This document shows positions 28,147 through 37,041 of a DNA stretch of 61,320 nucleotides, in pieces. Both the position numbers and the translations under genes were made by a program. Under the pieces are notes generated by a model, which was not told the DNA's origin, did not search any database, and saw nothing but the letters and a program-made list of their open reading frames with translations. Positions within the stretch are counted from its first letter, which is position 1, and every line of letters begins with the position of its first letter. Origin of the DNA: an uncultured Rikenellaceae bacterium (lineage in GTDB: Bacteria; Bacteroidota; Bacteroidia; Bacteroidales; VadinHA17); NCBI GenBank assembly GCA_964410385.1, contig CAYPHL010000008.1, positions 1 through 61,320 of the forward strand. Direction: 5' to 3'.

Positions 28147-29478
28147 ATGAACAATTTGGATTTATCCGGAAAACTGGTAAAGAAATGTATCAGTATTGGT
28201 GCATCGGCAGCCGAAGTATTTCTTGAATCAAACAGGAACCTGTCTGTGAATGTGCTGAAGTCGGAAATTGAAACCATCGAGGAAGCCTCTTCGCAGGGAG
28301 TAGGTTTCAGGGTGTTTGTTGACGGAAAGATGGGATTCAGCCATTGTAACGATCTTAGCGACAAATCGCTGGAGGATACAATAGCAAAGGCCATTGCATT
28401 TGCAAAGCTTTCTTCACCCGATGAGAATAATGTTCTTACCGATGATAAAGGATTTACACAGGTGGCAGATCTTTATGATCCCGGAATTGTCTCAGAGCCG
28501 ATGGATAAAAAGATAAAAATGGCTCTGGAACTTGAAAAACTTGCCCTGAAGGAGCCGGGAATAACAAAAAGCTCGGGTGCAGGTTACGGGGAAAGCGAAT
28601 CAGAGATCTTTATAGCTAATTCAAACGGATTACTGAAGAGTTTCAAGGCCTCAGCCTGTTTCGCAGGAGTATCTGTCGTTGCTGAAAAGGGTGACCAGAA
28701 AAATACAGGGGGAGAGTATTGTTCCAGAGTTTATTTTTCTGATCTTCCGCCTCTTGACAAGATAGCGGCCACAGCATCAAAGAGGGCTCTGGAACTGCTG
28801 GACCCGGTTATGATAAAAACCCAGAAAGCTGCGGTTATAATTGACCCGGATGTTTCCCGCTTCCTGGGAGGCATACTTTCAGCAGTTAACGGTGAACGCG
28901 TCCTCCAGGGTGCAAGTTTTCTGAAAGACCAGATGAATAAACAGTTTGCTTCACCTCTTCTTACAATTACTGATGACGGTACTATCCCCAGGAGCACGGG
29001 AAGTTCACCCTTCGACGGGGAAGGTGTGCCTACAATGAAAAATATTATTGTTGATAAAGGCGTCCTGCGGAGCTTTATTTATAATACAAGAGCAGCCAGG
29101 CGTGCCGGAGTGAAGAGTACAGGGAATGCATCCAGAAACGGCTTCAGCTCACTTCCGGGAATAGGAACCCATAAGGTATACCTGGCCGGGGGAAACCAAT
29201 CACGGGACGAAATTATTGCTGCCACTGCAAGAGGGTTGCTCGTACTTGAACTGACAGGTTATGGAATCGACCCTGTGACCGGTAATTTCAGCGGCGGGGC
29301 AAGCGGACTATGGATTGAAAAAGGCGAGATATTACACCCTGTAAAAGGAGTTACAATCGCCGGAAAAGCGTTTGATATCCTCAATGCAATTGATATGATG
29401 GGGAATGATATCGACATGAACCAGGGTTTTGCAGCTCCGACATTCAGGATAGCAGAGATGCAGATAGGAGGTAAATGA
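28147..29478 (+). CDS. pmbA: PmbA/TldE subunit
   Basis: GVGFRV, FDGEG, TGNA, VTGNFS, VTIAG, APT; no HExxxH; no signal. Start at MNNLD preferred over the track's 28105. Confidence 0.9.
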   Translation: MNNLDLSGKLVKKCISIGASAAEVFLESNRNLSVNVLKSEIETIEEASSQGVGFRVFVDGKMGFSHCNDLSDKSLEDTIAKAIAFAKLSSPDENNVLTDDKGFTQVADLYDPGIVSEPMDKKIKMALELEKLALKEPGITKSSGAGYGESESEIFIANSNGLLKSFKASACFAGVSVVAEKGDQKNTGGEYCSRVYFSDLPPLDKIAATASKRALELLDPVMIKTQKAAVIIDPDVSRFLGGILSAVNGERVLQGASFLKDQMNKQFASPLLTITDDGTIPRSTGSSPFDGEGVPTMKNIIVDKGVLRSFIYNTRAARRAGVKSTGNASRNGFSSLPGIGTHKVYLAGGNQSRDEIIAATARGLLVLELTGYGIDPVTGNFSGGASGLWIEKGEILHPVKGVTIAGKAFDILNAIDMMGNDIDMNQGFAAPTFRIAEMQIGGK

Positions 29479-29526
29479 TTAATATAATGGTAATTAAACT
29501 CTGTTTGGAATCAGAATAAAATATTA

Positions 29527-29534
29527 TACTTTTG
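29527..29534 (+). promoter_or_regulatory. sigma-A -7 box (TACTTTTG), overlapped by the 16-bp palindrome at 29530-29545
   Basis: TAnnTTTG upstream of second PFK; TTTTGAAATTTCAAAA is self-complementary. Confidence 0.55.
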
Positions 29535-29580
29535 AAATTTCAAAATAAAAAAAATGGTAACAAATAAAAAGCAGAAAAAC

Positions 29581-30783
29581 ATGGCAATTCAGAAGACAAA
29601 GGGGATTATCGCTATCCTTACCGGGGGTGGTGATGTGCCGGGATTAAATCCCGCGATCAGGGCGGTTACTATTCGTGCCAACCGCGAAGGGTACAAGGTA
29701 ATAGGATTACGCAGGGGATGGGCAGGCATTACTGAGCTGATAAGAGATACAAAAGCTGACAACAGTAACAACTACCAGATACTTACTGATGACATAGTCA
29801 ATAAAGCAGGAAGGACAGGAGGTACATTTTTACATACTTCAAGGACACGACCAAGCCACATGTCGAAATCGAGCGTACCCGATCATCTTAAAGATACTTA
29901 CAACCAGGAGATCAATGACCTTACTCCCGAGGTGATCAGGAACCTTGAATGGCTTAACGTCGATTATCTGATACCTATCGGAGGAGATGATACCCTGAGC
30001 TATGGTGTTCATCTGTTCAAAAAAGGTGTTAATGTTGTTGCAATACCCAAGACAATGGACAACGATGTTCCCGGTACGGATTATTGCATCGGATTCAGCA
30101 CTTGTGTCACCAGGACAATACAGATGACGAACAGCCTCAGGACATCGGCAGGTTCGCATGAAAGACTCCTCGTCCTTGAAGTGTTCGGCAGGTATGCAGG
30201 TTTTACCGCAATGCTTCCGACTATGGCCGGAGCTGCAAACAGATGCGTTATCCCTGAGTATAAGTTCGACATAGAATCACTTACAAAACTCCTAGTCGAT
30301 GACAGGAATGCAAATCCGAGTAAATATTCAGTGGTCCTTGTTTCTGAGGGCGCCATGTTTGAGGGTGGTGAAATGATATTCGCCGACAGCGAGAAAGACG
30401 CTTATGGCCATGCCAAACTTGGAGGGATCGGCGACCTCGTTTCGGCAAGACTTAAAGACCTCTCTGCTAAATTCAACCACGGCAAAACAATAAATATTAT
30501 TAACCAGAAACTCGGCTATATGGTCAGAGGCGGAGATCCTGATTTTCTTGATTCAATCGTTCCGATGGCTTATGGTAACCTGGCGCTTGACCTTATTCTC
30601 AAGGGCGTTCACGGCAGAATTGTGGTTCTGAAGAATGGACGCTACGATAATGTACCGATCGATGTTGTTACCTCATCCAAGAAAATCGTAAAAGTATCCG
30701 AATATTATAATACAGAAAGGCTGAGACCTTATTACCATACGTTCGAAATGAAACCATTCCTCCTCATGGCTTCGGATAATTAA
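29581..30783 (+). CDS. pfp: phosphofructokinase with PPi-dependent signature (group III type)
   Basis: TGGGDVPG, GGDDTLS (Asp at the 104 position), PKTMDND (Lys at 124), EVFGR. Start MAIQK or upstream 29554. Confidence 0.85.
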   Translation: MAIQKTKGIIAILTGGGDVPGLNPAIRAVTIRANREGYKVIGLRRGWAGITELIRDTKADNSNNYQILTDDIVNKAGRTGGTFLHTSRTRPSHMSKSSVPDHLKDTYNQEINDLTPEVIRNLEWLNVDYLIPIGGDDTLSYGVHLFKKGVNVVAIPKTMDNDVPGTDYCIGFSTCVTRTIQMTNSLRTSAGSHERLLVLEVFGRYAGFTAMLPTMAGAANRCVIPEYKFDIESLTKLLVDDRNANPSKYSVVLVSEGAMFEGGEMIFADSEKDAYGHAKLGGIGDLVSARLKDLSAKFNHGKTINIINQKLGYMVRGGDPDFLDSIVPMAYGNLALDLILKGVHGRIVVLKNGRYDNVPIDVVTSSKKIVKVSEYYNTERLRPYYHTFEMKPFLLMASDN

Positions 30784-30805
30784 TTGTATTTACGGATTAT
30801 TTTAC

Positions 30806-30888
30806 ACGATGATATATCGTTGTTGAGACGGCCAAATTGGGCGTCCTTACGATACGATGATAGAGACGCCCAAATTGGGCGTCTCAAC
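30806..30888. repeat. REP-like palindrome doublet
   Basis: GAGACG(G/C)CCAAATTGGGCGTC at 30825-30847 and 30863-30885; outer inverted repeat GTTGAGACG / CGTCTCAAC; ACGATGATA precedes both copies. Confidence 0.75.
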
Positions 30889-30891
30889 TAT

Positions 30892-31818
30892 ATGGAAGAG
30901 GGCATTGTCATAAAATCTACAGGCAGCCGGTACAGGGTTCTTTGCACGGATGGGAATGTTGTCGATTGTATCATCAAAGGAAAATTCAGGGTAAAGGAAC
31001 TGAAAAATACTAATCCCATCGCTGTCGGAGACAGGGTCCGCTTTGAATTTGAGCAAAGTAAAAGTTCAGGTATAATAACCGAACTACTTGACCGTAAAAA
31101 TTATATACTGCGGAAGTCATCAAACCTTTCAAAACAATCCCAGATACTTGCTGCAAACGTTGACCATGTTTTCCTGATGATTACAATTTCATATCCTGAA
31201 ACGCCGGTGGAGTTTATCGACCGTTTCCTGATCACCGCTGAAGCATACAGGATCCCTGCAGGTATCATTATAAATAAAACGGATCTTTATGATGAAGAAG
31301 AAAAATCAAGGATGGATCACCTGGTGTCGGTTTATGAAAAGATCGGATATAGATGTTTCACAATATCACTAAAAAACAAGGATGGTCTTGAATCATTGAT
31401 TGCCCTGATGAAAGATAAGATCAGCCTGATAGCTGGTAATTCAGGTGTGGGAAAGACAACTCTGCTTAATTCATTGAATCCGGCTCTTAACCTGAAAACG
31501 GAGGAGATCTCGGATTATCACAAACAGGGTAAACACATTACCACCTTCCCCGAAATGCACCACATGCCTTTCGGAGCTTACCTGATCGATTCTCCGGGAA
31601 TCAGGGGATTCGGGGTTGTTGATATGGACAGAAATGAGATTTATCACTTCTTCCCCGAGATTTTCCGGATCTCTCAGGATTGCAGATTCTATAACTGCCT
31701 TCATATCGATGAACCGGGCTGTTCGGTGAGAAATGCCGTTGAAAAAGGTAAGATTGATCCCCTGAGGTACAGAAGCTATCTCAATATCCTTGAGGATGAT
31801 AATCGTAAATACCGATAA
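30892..31818 (+). CDS. rsgA: small-subunit-dependent GTPase A
   Basis: OB fold, NKTD, GNSGVGKTT, DSPG, CRFYNCLHIDEPGC Zn site. The track's extra 36 aa are read-through of the repeat. Confidence 0.95.
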   Translation: MEEGIVIKSTGSRYRVLCTDGNVVDCIIKGKFRVKELKNTNPIAVGDRVRFEFEQSKSSGIITELLDRKNYILRKSSNLSKQSQILAANVDHVFLMITISYPETPVEFIDRFLITAEAYRIPAGIIINKTDLYDEEEKSRMDHLVSVYEKIGYRCFTISLKNKDGLESLIALMKDKISLIAGNSGVGKTTLLNSLNPALNLKTEEISDYHKQGKHITTFPEMHHMPFGAYLIDSPGIRGFGVVDMDRNEIYHFFPEIFRISQDCRFYNCLHIDEPGCSVRNAVEKGKIDPLRYRSYLNILEDDNRKYR

Positions 31819-31883
31819 AAAATCGATGTATTTAGCAAATTAAGATTATCTTTATAACCTCTGAAAGTCAAACTTCTGTCCTG

Positions 31884-34694
31884 ATGAAAAAAATCCTGAT
31901 TATTATCTATTCGGCTTTTATTGTCATTGTACTGGTTAATATTATCTATTATAAAAGCCTGTATAATAAACAGATTGAGTATATAACGACACATCTCGAT
32001 CACCAGGTCCAGCTTACGGGGATAGCTGTTGATGATGTTAATAATACATTTACTTCCGACCTTAGCGAAATAGGCTATCTCGAGGATCTCGGATCATTCT
32101 TCACGGATCAGGGTTACCGGACAGGAGCAGTTGAGAAGATGAGATTATTCTATTCAAAATATCAGGATTTTATTACAGGAATAAAGATTTATGATGATGC
32201 GAAGAATGAATTCACCCTGAAGATTGAAGATGGGGAATGGCTTGAACAACAGTTTGTTCTTCATTCAATGAATACTATTTTCACCAGGGATTCTCTCGTG
32301 AAAGGAAACAGGAATTTCGAATATTACCTGCCGGTAATAAAAAACAATAAAATCTCGGGAAATATTGTCGTTACAGTCGATTATGACAAATATTTCGATG
32401 CGCTTTTCTCAGTTTATAACCTGAAAGATTACCAGTGGCAATGGGTACTTAACAGCTCGGGGGATGTTGTCTATTCAAACTCCGGAGAACAGGTCATGTA
32501 TGGCGAAAAAGAAAAGATTACAACTGCTCTTGAAAGCGGGTCGGTGGGTAACATAATCCATAATGCTGTCTTTGGTGGAAAAGACAGGCAGCTGGTTTCA
32601 TCATATTATCCGACACAGCTTCTTCAGAGGGACCTGGCCATTATCTTTTCATCCCCGACAACATGGTTCCAGAATTATATAATAAGAAATTCTTTCCTGA
32701 TAGTTATTGCTACTCTTCTTCTTATACAGACGATAATATTTATCCTGTTACGTCATCTGAAAAAACGGGAAAATGAAAACAAAAAGCTCCGGGAGTCGGA
32801 GGGGACTTTGAACACGCTTATAGACAGGCTGCCTGCAGGGGTGATAGTATATGATAAAAACAGGGAGATTCTTTTAGCCAATAGCATGATTACGAAACAA
32901 TTATCCCTCACATCCGCCTCCGGTATGAAGGGTACGGAATACCCTGAACCTTCCCTGTCTGTTATAAATGAATATTTTGCAAAAAATCCCGGCGGAGTAT
33001 TAAATCCGGCTCAGTTTGCTATTTTTAAACAGGAAAGCGGCGACAGGATATTTCTCAGAAATACTATCCCGGTTGTTTTTTTTGGAAAAGAAGGTTTTGC
33101 TGATATCCTTGTGGATATTACTGAGGTGGAAGATGCCAGGAACCATGAAGCAAAAGCCAACAGGGCAAAATCGGAATTCCTTGCAAGGCTTAGCTATGAA
33201 GTCCGAACCCCTCTTACAGGTATCATAGGGATGACAGACATAATTGGCAGGAAAAAGCCGGAGGAAATAAGTCAGATCGTGAGTATTTTACGTAAATCAT
33301 CTGAGGACTTGTTGAATCTCAGGGATGATATTCTTGATTTTTCAAAGATCGAAACAGGGAACCTTGTACTCAAAGAGATCCCGTTCAACCTCAGGGATGA
33401 ACTGGATTATTGTACTGACAGGGCGAGGACACTTTTATCGGGGAAAAACATACAATTCCTGACTAATGTAGACGAAAATGTTCCTGTAAGCATAATTTCA
33501 GATCCCTACAGACTGCGGCAGATAATGACAAATCTTATTGACAATTCCATAAAGAACACAAGTTCAGGGAAGATAAGTTTGAGCTGCAGCCTTTTAGGTA
33601 ATGATAACGGGTATGTTAAACTTGCTTTTGATCTCAGTGATGCCGGTAAAATATCTGACACCGGGATCCTGAAGAAGATCTTCAGTGAAACAGTCAATAT
33701 TGAATCAAAAGTGCTTACAAGCGATGATGAATCAGTATTCGGACCCGTTATGGCCGCTCAGCTTATCAGGTTGATGGGAGGGAAAATTACTGTTGAAAGT
33801 CCTACGGATCCTGATGGAAAAACAGGTACAAATATAAGATTTACCCTTGGGGTATATTCATTTGACAGAAAGCAGAAAGCTCTTGAAATTGATTCTATAA
33901 GATCCTTTAATGAGATAAAAACACTTGTCATTACTGATCCTCAGGCTGATGATGACAGGGTTCTCAGTTTGCTTCATCAGTTGCGGCTGAATATTTCCGT
34001 GACAAATTTTCAGAAGTCTACACCAAACCAGATTAAAGCCAGCCTGAATTCAGCCGAAGACAGATATAAAATGGTTGTCATCCTTAATGATTATAAATTC
34101 AATGGTTTTGATGTCGCTCAGTCACTTAAGGATAACAATCTGTCAGACAAACTGATAATAATTCTGATCAGTACGGAAGATTCAAGAGGAAATTATCTTA
34201 AATCTGTAATTCTGGATATTGATCACTATCTTGTTATGCCACCCGATTCAATAACTCTGGCAAAAGCGATCGCTGAATGCTTTACATCCATAGACTACCA
34301 GGGCAGGGACGGAGACGGTGACACAACAAAAAAAGAATTGCATACCCTGATAATTGAAGATAATAAAATGAATCTGAAAGTTCTTTCAATGCTTCTTGAG
34401 ATGCTGGGGTGTTCATATGATATTGCTGAAAATGGAGAAGATGGATGTGCTAAAGCAGGAAATAACAAATATGATATTATTTTTATGGATCTTATCCTGC
34501 CTGGAATTGACGGGTATGAATCTGCCAGGAGGATCCTTGAAGAGAATCCGGAAGCATTTATTATCGCAATAACTGCCGATAATATGCCTGCTTCAAGGAG
34601 TAAGGCAGAATTATCGGGAATTAAGGAATTCATTTCAAAACCGGTCAGGATCGATGATCTGAAAAAAATTCTTGCAAAATATTTCAGTGAATAA
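31884..34694 (+). CDS. membrane hybrid sensor (sensor-PAS-HisKA-HATPase-REC-REC) with degenerate kinase core
   Basis: Two TM segments; SYEVRTPLTGIIG H-box lacking His; NLIDNSIK N-box; final REC has IIEDN...FMDL...ITA...SKP. Confidence 0.85.
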   Translation: MKKILIIIYSAFIVIVLVNIIYYKSLYNKQIEYITTHLDHQVQLTGIAVDDVNNTFTSDLSEIGYLEDLGSFFTDQGYRTGAVEKMRLFYSKYQDFITGIKIYDDAKNEFTLKIEDGEWLEQQFVLHSMNTIFTRDSLVKGNRNFEYYLPVIKNNKISGNIVVTVDYDKYFDALFSVYNLKDYQWQWVLNSSGDVVYSNSGEQVMYGEKEKITTALESGSVGNIIHNAVFGGKDRQLVSSYYPTQLLQRDLAIIFSSPTTWFQNYIIRNSFLIVIATLLLIQTIIFILLRHLKKRENENKKLRESEGTLNTLIDRLPAGVIVYDKNREILLANSMITKQLSLTSASGMKGTEYPEPSLSVINEYFAKNPGGVLNPAQFAIFKQESGDRIFLRNTIPVVFFGKEGFADILVDITEVEDARNHEAKANRAKSEFLARLSYEVRTPLTGIIGMTDIIGRKKPEEISQIVSILRKSSEDLLNLRDDILDFSKIETGNLVLKEIPFNLRDELDYCTDRARTLLSGKNIQFLTNVDENVPVSIISDPYRLRQIMTNLIDNSIKNTSSGKISLSCSLLGNDNGYVKLAFDLSDAGKISDTGILKKIFSETVNIESKVLTSDDESVFGPVMAAQLIRLMGGKITVESPTDPDGKTGTNIRFTLGVYSFDRKQKALEIDSIRSFNEIKTLVITDPQADDDRVLSLLHQLRLNISVTNFQKSTPNQIKASLNSAEDRYKMVVILNDYKFNGFDVAQSLKDNNLSDKLIIILISTEDSRGNYLKSVILDIDHYLVMPPDSITLAKAIAECFTSIDYQGRDGDGDTTKKELHTLIIEDNKMNLKVLSMLLEMLGCSYDIAENGEDGCAKAGNNKYDIIFMDLILPGIDGYESARRILEENPEAFIIAITADNMPASRSKAELSGIKEFISKPVRIDDLKKILAKYFSE

Positions 34695-35715
34695 AACAGA
34701 TATATGCCGGTTTCTTGAATTGTCGGAAAAATATCCGGTGATCGATGTAAGATCACCCTCAGAATATCTGTCGGGGCATATTCCCGGGTCGATAAATATT
34801 CCGTTATTTGACGATAAAGAAAGGAAGGCTGTAGGAATCAAATTTAAGAATGCCGGACGGGTAAAAGCCATCCTGAAAGGCCTGGAACTTGCGGGGCCTT
34901 TCATGCATAATAAGCTTTCCGAAGCGATAAAAGCAGCTACAGACGGCAGGCTGCTTGTCCATTGCTGGAGGGGAGGAATGAGATCAGAAGCCATGGCCTG
35001 GCTGTTCTCTCTTGCAGATATTCAAACTGAGGTACTTGAAGGCGGCTATAAGTCTTACCGTAATCATATCCTTTCATCCCTTTCTGAAAAACGTAAAATG
35101 ATTATCGTGGGCGGAATGACCGGCAGTGGCAAAACTCATATCTTAAATTATTTAAAAAGTCATAATCATCAGGTTATCGATCTTGAGGGAATAGCCTGTC
35201 ATAAAGGTTCGGCATTCGGAGCGCTTGGACAGCCGCCCCAGCCAACATCAGAACATTTTGCTAACCTGTTGTTTGAGGAATGGAGCAGGTTGGATCATAA
35301 TATTCCTGTATGGATTGAAGATGAAAGCCGGAATATCGGGAATGTATTTATTCCGGATAATTTCTACAATAATATGCTTGAGGCACCGGCTATTGTAATA
35401 ATGATGGACATAAAGACAAGGCTTCCGAGGCTTACGGAAGAGTATACCGGTTATCCGCCGGGATTGATAAAGGAGTCAATCCTTAAGATCAGAAGGAGAC
35501 TTGGTGGCGACAACACTGCTGATGCTTTGAGGGCTGTTGACGAAGGAAGACTTTCAGAAGCGGTGGAGATAACTCTGAAGTATTATGATAAGGCATATAT
35601 GTACGGAATCAGCAAAAGAGCTTCAAAGAATATCGTCTATGTAGAGACTGATACAGATGATATACGGGTAAATTCAGGCAAAGTGATTGAAGCAGTTGCC
35701 AGGCTGGATCTTTAA
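34687..35715 (+). CDS. mnmH: tRNA 2-selenouridine synthase
   Basis: Rhodanese DVRSPSEY...GHIPG, HCWRGGMRS; P-loop GMTGSGKT; IDLEG, WIEDES. Probable GTG start overlapping the upstream gene end (track: TTG at 34672). Confidence 0.92.
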   Translation: MNKTDICRFLELSEKYPVIDVRSPSEYLSGHIPGSINIPLFDDKERKAVGIKFKNAGRVKAILKGLELAGPFMHNKLSEAIKAATDGRLLVHCWRGGMRSEAMAWLFSLADIQTEVLEGGYKSYRNHILSSLSEKRKMIIVGGMTGSGKTHILNYLKSHNHQVIDLEGIACHKGSAFGALGQPPQPTSEHFANLLFEEWSRLDHNIPVWIEDESRNIGNVFIPDNFYNNMLEAPAIVIMMDIKTRLPRLTEEYTGYPPGLIKESILKIRRRLGGDNTADALRAVDEGRLSEAVEITLKYYDKAYMYGISKRASKNIVYVETDTDDIRVNSGKVIEAVARLDL

Positions 35716-35726
35716 GTATTAATTGT

Positions 35727-36983
35727 TCATTTTATTCTGATCTCAGATTCATCTACCCATTTATAAACTTTGTCTGAACGCCGCAGGAAATCATTAATCT
35801 TCACTGAACAGAATTCACCTTTTAATGCCTTATCTGTTTTGTTGAGATCGACGCGGATCTCTTCAACATTATATTCCACAACACCTGTTGTAGGTCCCGT
35901 AATTAAAAGTGAATCACCGGTATTAAGATCGCCATTCTCAAGTTTAATTTCTGCAACTGATTGTTTAGTAAAATAGTTGGTTATCCTGCCAAGGTAAACT
36001 TTTCTTTTTGTGGCAGCAGATCCATACCGGGTATTCCAGTCGCCAAGTCTTTGTCCAAGATAATACCCGTCCCAGAAGCCTCTGTTGAATACTGCAGACA
36101 ACCTTGTTTTCCACTCAGTTATCTTTTCCTGTGAATAGGAACCATCAGCAACTGACCTTAATGCTTCATCATAACAGCTGGCAACTGTTTTTACATATTC
36201 GGGTGAACGGGCGCGACCTTCTATTTTCATAACCCTTACTCCGGCATCTATCATCTTATCAATAAATCCGATAGTGCAAAGATCTTTTGGCGACATTATG
36301 AATTCATTATCTATTTCAAGTTCGTAACCCGATTCTTTTTCGGTCACAATATAGGATTTACGGCATGTCTGATAACAGGTCCCGCGGTTTGCGGATTTAT
36401 TGTTTTCATGAAGGCTCAGGTAGCATTTCCCCGAGACAGCCATGCACAGGGCCCCGTGAACAAACATTTCTATCTTCATCAGTTCACCACCGGGACCTCT
36501 GATTTCTTCTTCCCCGATTTGCTCAGAGATTCTTTTTACCTGATCAAGGTTAAGTTCCCTGGCGAGGACAGCAACATCGCCATAGCGGGAATAGAACCTC
36601 AATGCATCGGTATTGGAGATATTAAGTTGTGTTGAAAGATGCACTTCAATTCCCTGCCTGAAAGCATAATCAATAGCTGAAATGTCGGAAGCAATAATCG
36701 CACTGATTCCACTTTCCTTTGCAGTATCAATTATCTTTTGCATCTGTTCCTTCTCATTGTCATAGATCACAACATTTACCGTGAGATAACTTTTCAGGCC
36801 GTTATCCCTGCAGACAGTTGCAATTTTTTTCAGGTCCTCCGTCGGGAAATTTATTGATGAAGCTGACCTCATGTTCAGCTGACCGGCGCCGAAATAGACT
36901 GAATCGGCTCCTCCCTGTATCGCCGCCATCAATGATTCCCAGGATCCTGCAGGAGCTGTTATTTCTATATCTTTTCTTTCCAT
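35727..36983 (-). CDS. U32-family protein, probable Fe-S tRNA hydroxylation protein (TrhP-like)
   Basis: APAG, GADSVYFG, HGALCMAVSGKC, RGTCYQTCR, MSPKDL, KIEGR; C-terminal beta domain. Confidence 0.85.
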   Translation of the reverse strand: MERKDIEITAPAGSWESLMAAIQGGADSVYFGAGQLNMRSASSINFPTEDLKKIATVCRDNGLKSYLTVNVVIYDNEKEQMQKIIDTAKESGISAIIASDISAIDYAFRQGIEVHLSTQLNISNTDALRFYSRYGDVAVLARELNLDQVKRISEQIGEEEIRGPGGELMKIEMFVHGALCMAVSGKCYLSLHENNKSANRGTCYQTCRKSYIVTEKESGYELEIDNEFIMSPKDLCTIGFIDKMIDAGVRVMKIEGRARSPEYVKTVASCYDEALRSVADGSYSQEKITEWKTRLSAVFNRGFWDGYYLGQRLGDWNTRYGSAATKRKVYLGRITNYFTKQSVAEIKLENGDLNTGDSLLITGPTTGVVEYNVEEIRVDLNKTDKALKGEFCSVKINDFLRRSDKVYKWVDESEIRIK

Positions 36984-37041
36984 TACACTGTTTAAAACCG
37001 GTTACGGGATGATTACAACACTATAATTATGAATGCCGGAT

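Noticed and set aside
26514-29553. RiPP precursor peptide near tldD-pmbA
   Set aside because: Intergenic gaps are short, and I found no small Ser/Cys/Gly-rich ORF or modifying enzyme (YcaO, radical SAM, LanM).
30825-30885. Possible mini-CRISPR array
   Set aside because: Only two 23-bp copies, a 15-nt spacer, a fully palindromic unit and no cas genes; fits REP better.
30784-30891. 36-aa N-terminal extension of RsgA (also track extensions of dtd, sod, pmbA, yceD and the 51205 ORF)
   Set aside because: They run through repeats, promoter boxes or neighbouring genes; the downstream ATGs match the family N-termini.
34687-35715. Selenoprotein or UGA read-through linked to mnmH
   Set aside because: No split ORF with an in-frame UGA at a catalytic Cys position was noticed; this was checked by eye only.
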